A stretch of 62,166 nt of DNA, the filler included, from Sphacelaria rigidula (taxonomy: Eukaryota): the NCBI GenBank assembly GCA_964200075.2. It is 10 parts of 10 records of this genome, joined end to end, with 100 filler letters (N's around TTAATTAATTAA, not from the genome) between each part and the next. Parts side by side here need not be neighbours in the genome. Positions count along the whole stretch, not along the records: positions 1 to 6,127 come from CAXNAA020022058.1; positions 6,228 to 12,354 come from CAXNAA020022059.1; 8 more parts are not named here. The stretch is one strand, 5' to 3'. The position numbers and the translations under genes were made by a program. The stretch's first letter is position 1. Each line of letters starts with the position of its first letter. This document shows positions 1 to 12,195 of this stretch, piece after piece. Under the pieces are notes generated by a model. It was not told where the DNA came from and searched no databases. It saw only the letters and a list, made by a program, of their open reading frames with translations.

Positions 1-1
1 T

Positions 2-694
2 GTATCGTGGAGAGCAAATACGTCTTTCCGCAATAACGATGCGGGTGCATCAGGAGGGGCTGTTTCGATATCATCGTCGAATGAAAATAGTGAAGACATT
101 CCGTCGTTCATCGTTATCGATGCCCCGACTACGTTCGTCGAGAATAGCTGCAGGACCGGTGGAGGGGCGATGGCCATTGTCGGCGAGATACCTGCGAATT
201 TCACTCCGAATGCCATGAAATTTGAGCGGAACTCCGCGGACTTCGGAGGAGCGGTGTTCGTAGCAAGTTCAGAGATTGGGCCACAGTTCATCGGTGCAAG
301 GTTTGCTTCGAACTCCGCCGAGAGAGGCGGGGCGGTATTTCTCACGGGCAGCGGAAACAAGGTCACGGACTACAAATTCCTAGATCCGACTACGTTTGAC
401 CAATGCCAATTTCACCGAAACGTGGCGGGAATAGACGGCGGAGCTGTGGAGACCGGGGCGGGTCAAGATGTCTTCACCAACACGCTGTTTGTCGGCAACG
501 TTGCACAGGTTGGAGGTGCTTTGAGTCTCGCTGGCGAGGCGTCTATATCCAACTGTACATTCATCGAGAACACCTCAGCCCAGGATGACGGACCCGCGAT
601 CTCCAACGTTGGGTCGATTGAAAGAATCGAAAACAGCAATTTCGCCGACAACGTCTTCGCGTGTGAGCGTGGGAATTTTCTCGACTTTTACCCG
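2..694 (+). CDS. Pmp/adhesin-like beta-helix repeat membrane protein, exon (5'-partial)
   Basis: Frame is open from position 2. It has repeated FxxN and GGA(V/L/M) motifs (FRNNDAGASGGAV, FERNSADFGGAV, FASNSAERGGAV, FHRNVAGIDGGAV, FVGNVAQVGGAL) and ends at donor CCG|GTGAGA (695), phase 0. Confidence 0.85.
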
Positions 695-3612
695 GTGAGA
701 TTCGACATGATGCTATGATCAACGCCTCTGTTCTCTGTACGGTTTTTACTTGTTATCGCAATGCAGTAGCGATCAACATTATTCATTGCTGTGTGTGAGG
801 ACGGATACTGTCAATATGTTGCAACGTGCAGTACTGATATCGGAAATCAGCTTCACCAGAAATGCCAATAGTTCGTGTATTACTATCTTCAGGAGTGCCA
901 TTATCGACGTAGTGCACACTCTCTCGTGTGAATTACCAATATTTGGTACATGTTGTCGTCACTATTTATCTCGAGTGTGAAAACCGACGACTGCTGTTGC
1001 CCACAGCGCTCACAGCGTACACCCCCACCAGGAGACCAGAGACCAACAGCATGAACTACCCCCTTAGCACTCGAGCACTGCCTTTGAACAGTGTCGGCAG
1101 CGTGTTCGGTGATGCTCCATTTCGTTGCCGCATTTTTGCTCCCAAAACATTCACGGTGCGCGCGCAAAGCACTGCACTTAGCCGGCCAGTAATGAGCTCG
1201 ATTTTGGGGAGGGACAAGGCCAGAACGCTCATGTTTCCTGTCTCCGTCGACGCTTACGGGCGCGCCCCTCGCCGTGAAGTCACCGCGGCACCGATGTATT
1301 GCGGATGTATCGGTCTGTTGTGGTCGTGCCAATCTTCCACTTTATGTTGATACAATGAAAAAAATCCATGCCGCACCAAGGTGACGCCTGGTCATTGCAG
1401 AATGCGAGATATCTTGCGAGCATCATTTTTTCGTTCTACCATTTTCTGCATTTGAAGCATGGTGATTGCCTGTGTGACCACGCCTACGGCGCATGGTGAA
1501 GAGATACAAGCGTGGCGTGACAACAGCCAAGAATCATGTTCGAGGGTGGTCGTCAGCGGACACACAGATAAGCTCGTGTGGAATCACGGGGAAGCAATGT
1601 GTACGGCGTGACACTATGTACGAATATCAGGTCGCAATACAGGCCGGTCCCACGGCTTGAAATGCCAGAAGGGTCTTCGGCGAACATAGCGCGCACACGA
1701 GCCTAACGTAGCGCAACAAGATCCCTACCATGGTACAAGTCCCCCGGAGTGCGCCGCACACTCTGATCAACCAATCGCGCATCTTGAGGTCTCTGAATCT
1801 AAAACCATGAACGAAATGGACAGAATAACCCTCAAAAGTAGTCTCTGCCGTTACCATGAGAACCTGCAATGTGCGTGCCACGGGCTGCGAACCAGACGCG
1901 GCACGTCCAGCGTCCCATCGCATCGCACGACTGTTGCTGGACGTGGGTCCTTCCAGTCCATAGATAACATCATAATCAAGTTGATCCAGTGCAAACCCCT
2001 GTCGAAACCAACAGGCGTGTACAACTTTTGCCGCAACAAATGGGGGTTGACCCTGCTGCCAAACGCACGCCGAGGGCAGCGTACCCTGAGGAAGACCACC
2101 GGCTATATCTCGAAAGCTGATCATATGCCGCAGACATGGTAGTTTCACTGATTGTTCATACGGTCTACACACTTGGCGGTGACTACAAAATAGGCACTTC
2201 CCGATCGGCTTTTGGTCAACATGAGATCCAAATTGGGACTGCGTAGTGCATCAAGAGAAGCAGACAAACAATTCTCGGTTTCGTCGATGTTTTCACTTTC
2301 GCTGAATCTGAAGCGGTGCCGCTTGCTAGCATCCGTCCCGAAATTATCCCCAGGTCGGCTAAAGTAAATACACAATTTGAACTTCTTGCTCGCGTTTTCG
2401 AGTACAGTCGACCCCACGTGTTGAAGGGAGCAGCGCATTGGATATACAATACCCGACCACGGGCTGGATTTTTGCAATCAGCTAATGTGAGATAATCAAT
2501 CAAACCAAGCAGAGGGCCCGATTCCCTGGATCAAGGGTTTGACAGTTAGGACCTGGAATTTTGCGCACATTACATGATACCATATGTTCCCAGTACGTTG
2601 TTGGGTCATATCGAGCACACCTCGTCTTATGCTCAGATGTGCAAGGGCTTCGACCCACTGCGGTGTTTTTGGACCAATCGCAGATCCAGCAGGTCTGGGC
2701 GGGTAGCACAAGAGCCGTGGCTGAACCCCACAAATATCATGCCAGAGTCCGTACGAAGCACCCCCAAGTACTCGCAGAACGAGCGCATTCTGTCTGGTGC
2801 TAGTCCATGTTCATCTACACACAGCTATCTCTGCCTGATGGAAAATCTGCTCAGAATTGTAAGAGCGGCGAACGAACGTGTGCAAATCAAGTGGTCAACA
2901 TCGCAGCTTGTGACCGTTTTTGCGTGTGTCAGATGGGTTTGATTGGATACATACAATGATATTCAAGTCTTTTATTTGAGGAGATTCGACCCCCCAAAAT
3001 TCAATACACGGTCATGCCTTCGGTGTCTGTGACGTATTTGCATGTGTTGCCGATGACACCCTCGTGATGTATCCCTTCGAGAAAAAATGCTTTTCGAGCG
3101 CCCCTTTGCGTTTTTTTCAAGAAGTCCAAAAAGACTATCGGAAACTTTTTTCCGAAAGGGATTTCTTTGGGGGTGGTATCGCATCAAACCTTCGTAGTTA
3201 TGAAAAAATATTTTTCTGTTCGAATTTCGCTTTTTTCCGCCCCAGTAGCACAAACCACCAGCTCGATACAGACGCAGAGCATCCATGATGATCGACCTTG
3301 GTGCTCAGTCTTGCAGAAGAGAGTAAGCAATATTTCCCTCCGTAGGACGATTTGCAGTACAGCTTGCCCGGACACCGGGCTAGCAATATTCGCTGTTGTT
3401 CTGGAAAATGTTAATACAAGGCAGCATATAAATATGTGGATATATATATATATATATATATAATTTCTCGGCTTGATTGACACACAAACCAAGCTATGGT
3501 GCTGTCTCTTGCAGTACATCATCCCGGGAAAATCAAAAAGAGAAACCCCGAGAGAACCTGAACAACAAATCTGTGATATCTCTTCGTTTCGTACATTTTT
3601 GCCGCTTCACAG

Positions 3613-3892
3613 TCGGAAAACATTTTCGAGATCGTCTGCGACGAATGCCAGATACCATGCACCACATGCGATTTTGGAGAAAATAGCAGAAAGACTCCGC
3701 GGTGCGAGACGGAGCTCGATAACTCAGAAAGTGCCGGCGGCAAGGAGACACTGGAGACCTTATCCATCAATGAAGGTTACTGGCGAGCCACGAACACCAG
3801 CCGCGACGTGAGAGAGTGCTACAATGCCGACGCATGCGCTGGGGGACCGACAGGAAACGATGAATACTGCAAGGACGGATACAGAGGGCCAT
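3613..3892 (+). CDS. Pmp/adhesin-like protein, Cys-rich exon
   Basis: Acceptor TTCACAG|, phase 0. Reads SENIFEIVCDECQIPCTTC...LSINEGYWRATNTSRDVRECYNADACAGGPTGNDEYCKDGYRGP. Donor T|GTGAGA, phase 1. Missed by the ORF track. Confidence 0.85.
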
Positions 3893-4274
3893 GTGAGAAG
3901 CGATTGATTTTGTTGGGTTGGGAGTGCGTTTCCCGCTCATGGCATATTTTGCAATAAATGAACTGTGTGGTCGTGCCCCTCAAAAGAGAGTTCTATCCGA
4001 CGAGTGGACCTGTCGTTTCCGAGACTTGGTGCTCATGATGTCTTGCTTGTCGATCCATTATTCCCTTGACCTATTTCAAAGTCTCGGGGGGGGGGCTGGT
4101 AAAGCCGGGAGAAACCCGACTGTTACATGGCCTGTGCAATAAGTCGAGAGTTCTCCTCGGCGAAGGTTCCACACGAGGTTGGCGACAAACTGTTCTTCCC
4201 CCCCCCTCCCCCCCTTTGCGATCCTAATGAAGCTGTGCCCGTTGACTTACAACTTCCGTGCCCCTCGTGCGCAG

Positions 4275-4528
4275 ATTGTTCTATTTGCGAGGCAGGCTTC
4301 ACTTCGGGCCCAGGTTACACCTGCCACAGCTGCTCCGATGCTACGAGTGGCTTGGTACTAGTGGTAGTCCTTGGCGTCTTAGCGTTTGGTGCGGTTGTTG
4401 CCTTCCTGCTTTTCATGACATCTGCGAGGTCGGGGGGCGGTGGCCCAGGAGCTGTGGCTCGCGTGGCACGGATCATCCCTTTGCAGTCCGTGAAGATCGT
4501 CATTGTTGCGTGGCAAATCTTGACGCAG
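4275..4528 (+). CDS. Pmp/adhesin-like protein, first transmembrane exon (gene continues beyond this exon)
   Basis: Acceptor GCGCAG|AT completes the Tyr codon from the previous exon. Reads YCSICEAGFTSGPGYTCHSC, then a hydrophobic helix, then IPLQSVKIVIVAWQILTQ. Donor CAG|GTGAGA. Confidence 0.85.
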
Positions 4529-5066
4529 GTGAGACAGGGAAGCTATGGTAGGTTCTCCCAGGATAGCGTATACCGTACGTGTTGGTAGATGGATTGATTA
4601 GTTGTTCCACACATACTAATCCACCACGAAGATAGCCATACCCGAGGCAATCGTTGAGGGCCCTTCTGCTATAATGACACTCAAGGGGAAGGATGAGAAG
4701 AAAAAGGAGAACCGAAGTGAATGAGCAGGCAGTTTTCCAGGCTAATGCTCATAACGGCCCTGAGAATCCCTGGCAGGGTTTTAGATGGGAGGCCATGTGA
4801 GGCCACGGGAGCAGGTTGTAATTCGTTTCTCTGGAGAGCGCAGCATTAGGCAAGGAGTTTTGACATCAACTCCACAGAAAGGGGACACGAATACTATCAC
4901 TGCAGACGGAAAAATAACGAGTCAAGAAGGAAATGAACGGGTAATGATCAGGGAACACATTGAGGGTTGTCAGCGGGTCACGAGTCAAAGAGAGAAGGCA
5001 GCAGACGAAACGGTGAGGAAGGGGCACGGCAGATAGTCAAATATCGTGCCTCCCCCGTCCCCCCGC

Positions 5067-5551
5067 TCATCCTGAGGGTTAGAGGTGGTTAACGACGATG
5101 CTGTAAAACACGCCACTCACTGCGTAAGCCGAGCGACGAGGTTACCGTTTTTTTTGCGATAACCGTGATTGTGTTCGAGCTAGGTCATGTTATTCAGGGT
5201 GGAGAACCTCAAGCCTGCACGAAAGGGATAATCCTAATATGTAGTGTTCGTACGGTGAGAAACCCCTGAGGCAGTGCGTAACCCCTGGCTGTCTCCGGGA
5301 CTGGCAATACCAGAAAACGGAGCAACCTATTTGACGCTGCCTTCCATATGCAAGACCTTTAGTACGCTTTGGGCCGTACCATCTTGTTGGGATGCAGCTC
5401 ACCCTCCATGCGACTCGCCGAATACCTCACGGCAATCTGCGGTTGGTGATTGCGAGCCTGGTCCGGCAAAAACCCCGCGTGCTCCGTCCCGAATTTGTGG
5501 GATGCGAAGTCAATCGTCTACGGCATGCAGACCATGAGCACACACCCCCGC
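5067..5551 (+). mobile_element. C-tailed retroposon family A, copy
   Basis: Aligns by eye with 8069-8496, 25375-25692 and others. Ends CATGAGCACACACCCCC, with a possible 7-bp TSD CCCCCGC (5060-5066 / 5545-5551). Confidence 0.7.
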
Positions 5552-5863
5552 GCGGCCTTTGTCCCTAGTCAGGGACGATGCGGGCCGTTCTCTCGCGTAT
5601 TTCCATGTTTGAGTATTCACGGCCTGTTGCATACGAGGGGAAAATTGGCACTCAAATAGGTCGCCAAAGAATCCAAGCATTTACGTACCGATTGATTGAT
5701 TGATTGATTGACTATCTCACATTTGCTGATTGCAACAACTGAGCCCGTGGTCAGGAGCAGCAAAAATAGAACAGAATAATATAAAATAAAAAAAGAAAGA
5801 AAGGAACAGAAATAGGACAGAAGCAACGGCCTCAGGAAGGAAAGAAAAAACACCACCACCACC

Positions 5864-5895
<32 letters not shown>

Positions 5896-6049
5896 CCAAC
5901 AAACAACAAACAACAACACGATACGTATATTGCACTGAAAGTGTCACCATTGCGTTACGGAGGAAAATATCCACCGCTGTACCCCTTTGCTTAAAGGGTC
6001 TTTTGAACGCAGTAAAGCGGTTGCCACGTACAACTGTGGCAATACTTCT

Positions 6050-6127
6050 ACGGTTAGGACAAATCATCACGACTCAAAATCACCAATTCACGGTTTAGTC
6101 GGCGTGATTGCCCAAAAGAGAGAAAAA
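6050..6127 (+). repeat. Dispersed repeat at contig end (second copy at 30950-31030)
   Basis: CGGTTAGGAC.AATCATCACGACT...TTTAGTCGGC.TGATTGCCCAAAAG.GAGAAAAA occurs at the ends of two contigs. Confidence 0.7.
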
Positions 6128-6227
6128 NNNNNNNNNNNNNNNNNNNNNNNNNNNNNNNNNNNNNNNNNNNNTTAATTAATTAANNNNNNNNNNNNNNNNN
6201 NNNNNNNNNNNNNNNNNNNNNNNNNNN
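6128..6227. other. Artificial contig-joining spacer (also 12355-12454, 18582-18681, 24809-24908, 31036-31135, 37263-37362, 43489-43588, 49715-49814, 55941-56040)
   Basis: Identical N44 + TTAATTAATTAA (stop codons in all six frames) + N44 occurs nine times, spaced 6226-6227 bp apart. Confidence 0.98.
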
Positions 6228-6294
6228 TATTATTATCATTATTATTATCATTATTATCATTATTATTATCATTATTATTATCATTATTATTAAT

Positions 6295-6329
<35 letters not shown>

Positions 6330-6480
6330 ATTATCGTCATCATTGTTATTATCATCATCATCATTATTATCATCATCATTATTATCATCATCATTATTAT
6401 TATCATTATTATTACCATCATCATCATCATCATCAGTATCATCAGTATCATCATCATCATCATTATCGATAACAATAATA
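6228..6480. repeat. Compound microsatellite (TAT/CAT/GTT)n
   Basis: Direct read of trinucleotide runs. Confidence 0.95.
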
Positions 6481-6740
6481 TTGATTGATTGATTGTCGCA
6501 CTTTAACTGACCCCCCAGGGGTCCATCCGTGGTCTCATGATAGACGTACCCAAGAAAAACGAAACTCAAACACGCCCTGAAAAAAAAGAAGAAACAGAAC
6601 AAAACAAAAAGTCGAACAGAACGACATAGCAGACGAAGTCGTCAAACAATAGAAAAACCTCAACACGAGCAAAGCACAGAAAGAAATGGCCGACCTGAAA
6701 CAAAAAAAGGAAAAGAAGAGGAAAGTAAAGAGCAAATGAA
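6478..6740 (-). mobile_element. (CAAT)n-tailed retroposon-like 3' end, family D (related tails near 5690-5720, 26260-26495, 38750-38830, 48945-48985, 51385-51425)
   Basis: Recurrent GTGCGAC followed by (AATC)n. The 6478 and 26260 copies also share CTTGG.TACGT.TATC and GGGTCAGTTA. Confidence 0.55.
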
Positions 6741-7130
6741 ATAAAATGCAATATTATGATGATTATATTTGTCGTTGTCATCACCGATCATCATTAACAA
6801 CAATCATCATTAACAACACCAGCTCGCATAACTCGAAGCTCTCGTTCTCATGCTGGCATGATGTGTTTGCATGTACTGCTTGTAGCGGAAATGGTTTACT
6901 TCAAGCCTTCTATTGTTCGCAACAGGTTCTTCACGCCATCATTGTGTATCATTCACGTTTTTGATAACAAAGCTGTTTGGTGCTTTCACTGCAATTAATG
7001 TATTCACGTGCACCACACATCCCCGTATATATATTGAATGTTTTCGCTCCAGCGACTGCCACCTCTTTTTTTTACTGTCCGTTGCGCACGCATGTGATAA
7101 ACCCCGGACTACTTTTGTGATGCGAAACAG

Positions 7131-7331
7131 GTAGATCATCGAGCTTTCGCAACCGAGTTCTTGCCGCATTTTTTGTCGAGCCACTACGCCTGGCTGGGAG
7201 CAGGCGAGAGGGAGGCGCTGCTGGCACCGTGGCGGGCAGGTGCACATCTCGACGCTCCGACATTTGCGTCATATCTGGAGGCGTTTGTGTCTGATTTGGC
7301 CTTCTTCCGCGCTCAGGCTGACGCTGCATGA
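7131..7331 (+). CDS. XPO6: Exportin-6-like protein, terminal exon
   Basis: Acceptor AAACAG|. Reads VDHRAFATEFLPHFLSSHYAWLGAGEREALLAPWRAGAHLDAPTFASYLEAFVSDLAFFRAQADAA*, which matches the remembered XPO6 C-terminus (VDF..F...FLP.FL...D.PSF...V..LVNDLRYYR). Confidence 0.6.
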   Translation, partial: VDHRAFATEFLPHFLSSHYAWLGAGEREALLAPWRAGAHLDAPTFASYLEAFVSDLAFFRAQADAA

Positions 7332-8068
7332 TAGTTGATCGCCGTGCTTCGTTTGAGGTTTCTGTGTGAGCGGCCCGCCTGTGTTTCGTTCGCGTGTAAC
7401 GGACGGGGGGGCGGGGGGGGGGGGGGGGGGGGGGGGGGTGAAGGAGAAGAGTACCACGGTGATTACTAGCCATTTGGCATAGACTTTTGTTAAAAGAGAT
7501 GTAGCTCTGTGTTTCCCCCCCGTCTTTTTGTCGTAATAACACCGCATTTCAATAATGCAAGCGTTACATTTGAAGCCGCGGTATGAGGTGCGCACTTGGC
7601 CAGTAGCATACCGTTGGAAAGTTCGGTATGACATTTATCTGACCGTGCATGTCTTGCGTTCCTCAAAGAATCGCTGCGCTTGTAGCGAGTAGACCGAAAT
7701 TGCCACTTAACTTTAAAACGAGGTGCCTGTTCTTGTCATTTTTTTTCAGAACCGAAATTTCGGAACCAATGTGTAGCAGCAATTCCGTGGGAAAGTCTTG
7801 AACAAGATGAAACTGATGGCCTTTCCGGTTCCGCCTCTTGTCGCTGTTCGCGATTCATGGACGTTTTGGCGTCGGGACTGTCGAATTCAACTACTGAAGT
7901 AGCAATCGGTTCTACTCAACAAGTGGATACAGATTGACACTAACTAGTGTTCGCGGAAACGTTCCTTTAAATGTTCGGCGCGCTTGTCCACGCGGTTATG
8001 ATACGCAACGTTCCTTGCCGAAAAAAGGTACGAACGACCAAGTGACAGCGCTTTCTCCCCCAACAGTT

Positions 8069-8496
8069 TTTTTCGCGCGCTCGCGTTTTTTTGCAGTAAC
8101 CATCGTGGTGGTCGAGCTAGATCATATTGTGAGGGGTCGGAGAACCTCAACTCCGCGCAAAGGGGATGATCGTACTTCGTAGTGTTTGAATGGTGAGACG
8201 CCCATGAGGCAGTGCATAAGCCGTGACTGTCTCTGGAAGTGGCACTGCCAGAAAATGAAGCAACTCATTGGAGGCTGTCATCCAAATACAAGATAATCAG
8301 TAGGCTCCGAACAGTCTTAGCAGGGGACAGCTCACCCTCCATGCGACTCGCCGAGCACACCGCGGCGCTTCGCGGTTGGTGATTGATTACGAGCCTGGTC
8401 CGGCGAAAACCCGGCGTGCTCCGTCCCGGCTTTGCAGGGGTGCGAGGTCAATGGTCATATGGCCATGGAATGCAAGATCATGAAAACACCCCCCCC
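8069..8496 (+). mobile_element. C-tailed retroposon family A, copy with 12-bp TSD
   Basis: Flanked by the direct repeat CCCCCAACAGTT (8057-8068 and 8492-8503). Ends GATCATGAAAACA plus C8. Confidence 0.8.
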
Positions 8497-9389
8497 AACA
8501 GTTAAAGAAATGTTGGCACTCTGATACAGCCGGTACAGATGGTACAGATGGACACGGAGATATATGCAGTAACTCAAGGCCAGAACAATATTTTCCATGT
8601 TACTATCTTTGTATTGCATTGTATGTGTCTTGCCTTGTCCCGACCGCTGATTTGCGCTAGATTTTCCTACATGCGTTTCAAACGCTGGGCGAGAAAACAG
8701 CGGAATATTTACATTACATGCAAAGAAGTCGACTCCTGTGTGGATATCTGGAATCTCTACTCTCTCGCCGTCTTCCCCCGCATGGAATCCACTTGCCTGT
8801 GCAGCCGTGTTCCGCTATGGTTCGTCGCATGAATCTCAATACTGGAGGAGAAAGCGCCTAGTCCGCAGTCGTCAGCCGCCGTCTTTGATTTTTGTAGAAC
8901 ATGGCGCGCCGAGAATTTTTGTAGTACACGCACATGTGGTTGCTACCTCTATCCATATTCAACACGTCGACTTGCAGTTGTAGTTCGTTAGCCGCCGTGT
9001 TCGGGGGTCATCTCGACGCTCTTCACCATACGGCGGTCGCTCTGTCTTGAGTTCACATCGTGTTCCCATCACGGCACACGATAGTCAGACAGACTCCTCT
9101 GCAGTTTCTCCCTGGTATCTTCTGCTTGTGAAACTTGTACGTTTGTCTATCGTTGTTTGACATGCTTCGTCTGTTCCAGTTCTAATTTCCCCACTTTGAG
9201 TGTCTCTTTGTTTTGAACCTACCTGAATATATAGTATATAGTATGTAGTATATATGTCATGCCGAAAGAGGGATAAAAGAGGGAATCGAATGAGCAGAAG
9301 AAGATACTCTCACCACCATCTGTGTTCTTCTGCGCGTAACCGCACCTACATACACATTCTTCCCCAAGTCGGCGATGTTTCATTGCTTC

Positions 9390-9620
9390 TCTGTGTGCGT
9401 TGTTATCCCATCTATTCTAGACGCCGGTCTACACCTTTCGGTATATGTGGACGCATCAGCCGGGGTCACACAGGAGGAAGGTCAACACGGGAGGTTTTCA
9501 TTTTTTGTTTGCTTCATTTCTCCACCTTCCTTCTGCGGTGCTCGCCTTCTTTCTTTATCGCGAGAGGGGTTCAACAGTCCCTTTCCCTCGTCGACCGTGA
9601 AGTCGACTTTTGTGTACCCA
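9390..9620 (-). mobile_element. (CA)-tailed retroposon-like 3' end, family C (also 29720-29830, 39208-39415, 54810-55035)
   Basis: Four contigs share (TG)n-TCCCATCT.TT.T.GACGCC...TACACCT.TCGGT...G.TCACAC..GAGGAAGG. The TG-rich end is at the same position in each copy. Confidence 0.65.
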
Positions 9621-9969
9621 CGACATAGTCTCTCCACTGTTGGTTTTCTGTGCGATTATGGCGCTATCCTCTTCCAAAGTTTTTGACTGCGAACTTCATG
9701 CCGGAGCAATTTCTACTGCTGACAGTCCAACAATTTTCAAGGATTGTCATTGCGTCGCCACGACTTCTCGAAGTCCTCCGCTCCTTTCTCAACCCCGAGG
9801 CGCCGTTCGCCCCACCTTCCGCGTTGCAGTGACCCAGACTTATGAGTCCTTGACTTCCACGCCGTACGAACTGGGCTAGCCAACTTACGGATCAGGCACT
9901 GAATCCCGATGCAGTGTCTCAATTTAGAGAGTTGTGCTTTGAAATTTGCCATGGAGTATCGTGTGTGTG

Positions 9970-10998
9970 AGGGGGTACTCATTTGTTGCTTGCCTTAGTC
10001 GTGTGAGCATTGACCACGCATCCCTTTCGAGACGGAGCACCGTTCCTGCTCCTAACAGAGACACCTCCAACATTCCGGCGCTCATTACATTTCTTCCATA
10101 CATCACACAAAACCTTATACATATCTTACCCCCGGTTTGTTTCGCCGTCTCTGGCCACCATCTATCTCCTAGTATAGCCATCGTTTTCTCTCCACTGTCT
10201 ACTGCATCAAACGATTTCATGCTATCTTCTATCTTCGTTCACGTCCCGCATTTCCCACTCTAGCACGTCCCGTCCCTTCTTGTATAGTTCACATTCTTCC
10301 ACTATATGACCTCTGCTCTCTGTTCCTTCACCAAATAGGCAGTTCTGTCCATCTACTTCCTCCTCCTTTCGACGACTGGTATATCTCCTTCTTTCTGGCA
10401 GGTCTAGGTCCCCCACCCGAAATCGCAGTTTCATATTTTTTGCAGCATTCATTGGGCCGTGCAAATATGCTTTCATCCCGATCCCTTCTCTCAACCACCC
10501 GTATATGTCCAGGTGTTCTTCCACGTCTACCTTGCGTCTGAGCGCTCCTTTTCCCCTTATTTCTATCAGGTCTCTGACTTTTGCCCTGTACCCCGCGTCT
10601 TCACCTATGGACAATATTTGGTCTTGGTCTCTTCCTGTCTCCTTCCACTCTTAGACGACTTCTCTATCCCACCTCACTGCAGCCTTCCCTTTCGTAATTT
10701 TCTTCCAAACAGCCCTATCAACTATAGCTGGCAATCTCTTTCTCTGCATGTTCTTTACGCTATATTGCCATCGCAATTTCCTCATGTCTCTGTTTTATGT
10801 GAGTACATCCCCAACTCTGCTCTCAAAGCTGTATTACTCGTCGTTTTCGAGCATCCAAGTATTTTTCTAGCCGCTGCCATCTGTACTGTTTCCAACCTCT
10901 CCACCAACTTCACGTTCCCCTCCCATACTTTTCCTGCATATTCCAGCTTTGGTACGATCACGATACATCTCTTGATCCTAGTGTCTAGGTGCGGGTCT
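9970..10998 (-). mobile_element. LINE family B, 5'-truncated 3' fragment
   Basis: Decayed C-terminal ORF (VPKLEYAGKVWEGNVKLVERLETVQ; HLDIYGWLREGIGMKAYLHGPM; Cys/His knuckle-like ESRGHIVEECELY), homologous to 22850-23450. Ends CAAATGAGTACCCCC. Confidence 0.85.
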
Positions 10999-11705
10999 CC
11001 ATGGGAGGGGGATTACAAACTACATGCGGCACCGGAACTTATGAGGTTGGCAGTATTTTTTAAAATTTTGTTTCGCGTCAGTGCATATATATATATATAT
11101 ATATATATGAGCCCGTTTTTTTTCTCTTCATTTTTTCGTACACCTCATTTGGGGTAGTTAGTCTGTGCCCCTGGAAGGCGTCTGCATCAGATGCCCGATA
11201 CCGAGTACTGCGCAGATATGACGGTTGTTCAGTGTAAAGCCAACAAACAACAACAGTAACATTCGGCATATTGAGTATTTTTCTTCCCCTCTTGTGCCGC
11301 ACTTGTTTTTTTGTATTTGCCGTTGCGATACTCCATTCAAATTTCAAAGCACAAAGCTCAAATTGAGACGGAAAATTCAGGTGGAGTGCATTTAGTGCCT
11401 CCCGTTGTGATATCTCGAGTTTAGCATGGCGTCTTGTGCACGCCATATATCGATATTCTTCCTCTGTCCCATAAGTCTGGTCACTTATGTTCGTACGAGC
11501 CCTTACCCATGTCCGATCTGATTTTCGATGTTTTTTTTCCCCATTTCTCGGCTGTTTTTTCAGTTAGAAGCATATATATGTATATTGGCATCTCGCTGTT
11601 GAACTATGCGACCGAACGACCGCAAACAAATCAGTCGGCTCAAGAATGGCCGTATTTTCGCCCGTTTCTTACGGGCAAACAAAGTGTCAGAAAAAAACAT
11701 TGGTC

Positions 11706-12175
11706 GTTCGAGGAAATCCCCCGTCGTCTCGTCCACCTGATCGCAGATAAAGTTGATTCGGCGACGCTTCTGGGTAGAGGAAAGGGAGGGTTTGATGCGG
11801 CGATCCACCTTTGCCGCGTCGTCTTTTTTGAACCACCGTCGCACGGTCTCCGCACCGTAATCCAGCTCGGTGCCTCTCAACTAATCGCAGATCTGCCGGA
11901 GCGTAAATGACCGATTCTGCTTGTTGGCGTTCTTCAGCGCCGCAACCTTTGCTGACGTAAGGAGCGACGGGCGTCCAGTCCTTGTGTTGTTCGAAAAGTC
12001 GACCTCCTGGGTAGCGTCGATCTGGGCTTTGGCATTTTTCCACAATTTCCGTCGGGTACTCGGAACTAACACCGTAGCGTTTGCAAATTGACCCCAGCGA
12101 GTCCTTGGTCACCCTCACCTTGCCCGGTGGAATAGCGAGCGCAATCTCCATCCTCGTCGCATAACGGCAACCCAA
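11706..12175 (-). pseudogene. Tc1/mariner transposase N-terminal fragment
   Basis: Across a frameshift and a stop it reads TGRPSLLT...NRSFTLRQICD*LRGTELDYGAETVRRWFKK...RRIKPSLSSTQKRRRINFICDQVD. This is the HTH plus IKPxL linker preceding a mariner DDD domain. Confidence 0.7.
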
Positions 12176-12195
12176 CTGTAGCTCGCCACTTGTTC

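Noticed and set aside
1627..2480. Intronic ORFs as a viral or retroelement gene
   Set aside because: No recognisable motif in any frame I read.
2788..2858. Extra exon of the Pmp-like gene
   Set aside because: It has AG/GT boundaries, but 71 nt would shift the frame between two phase-0 junctions that already join well.
6180..6784. Poly-N/D/I/M ORFs (also 26834-27188, 40862-41108, 43533-43832)
   Set aside because: These are translations of microsatellites or N gaps.
10459..11157. 232-aa plus-strand ORF (and 22514-23308, 18966-19616 minus)
   Set aside because: Antisense shadows of LINE sequence.
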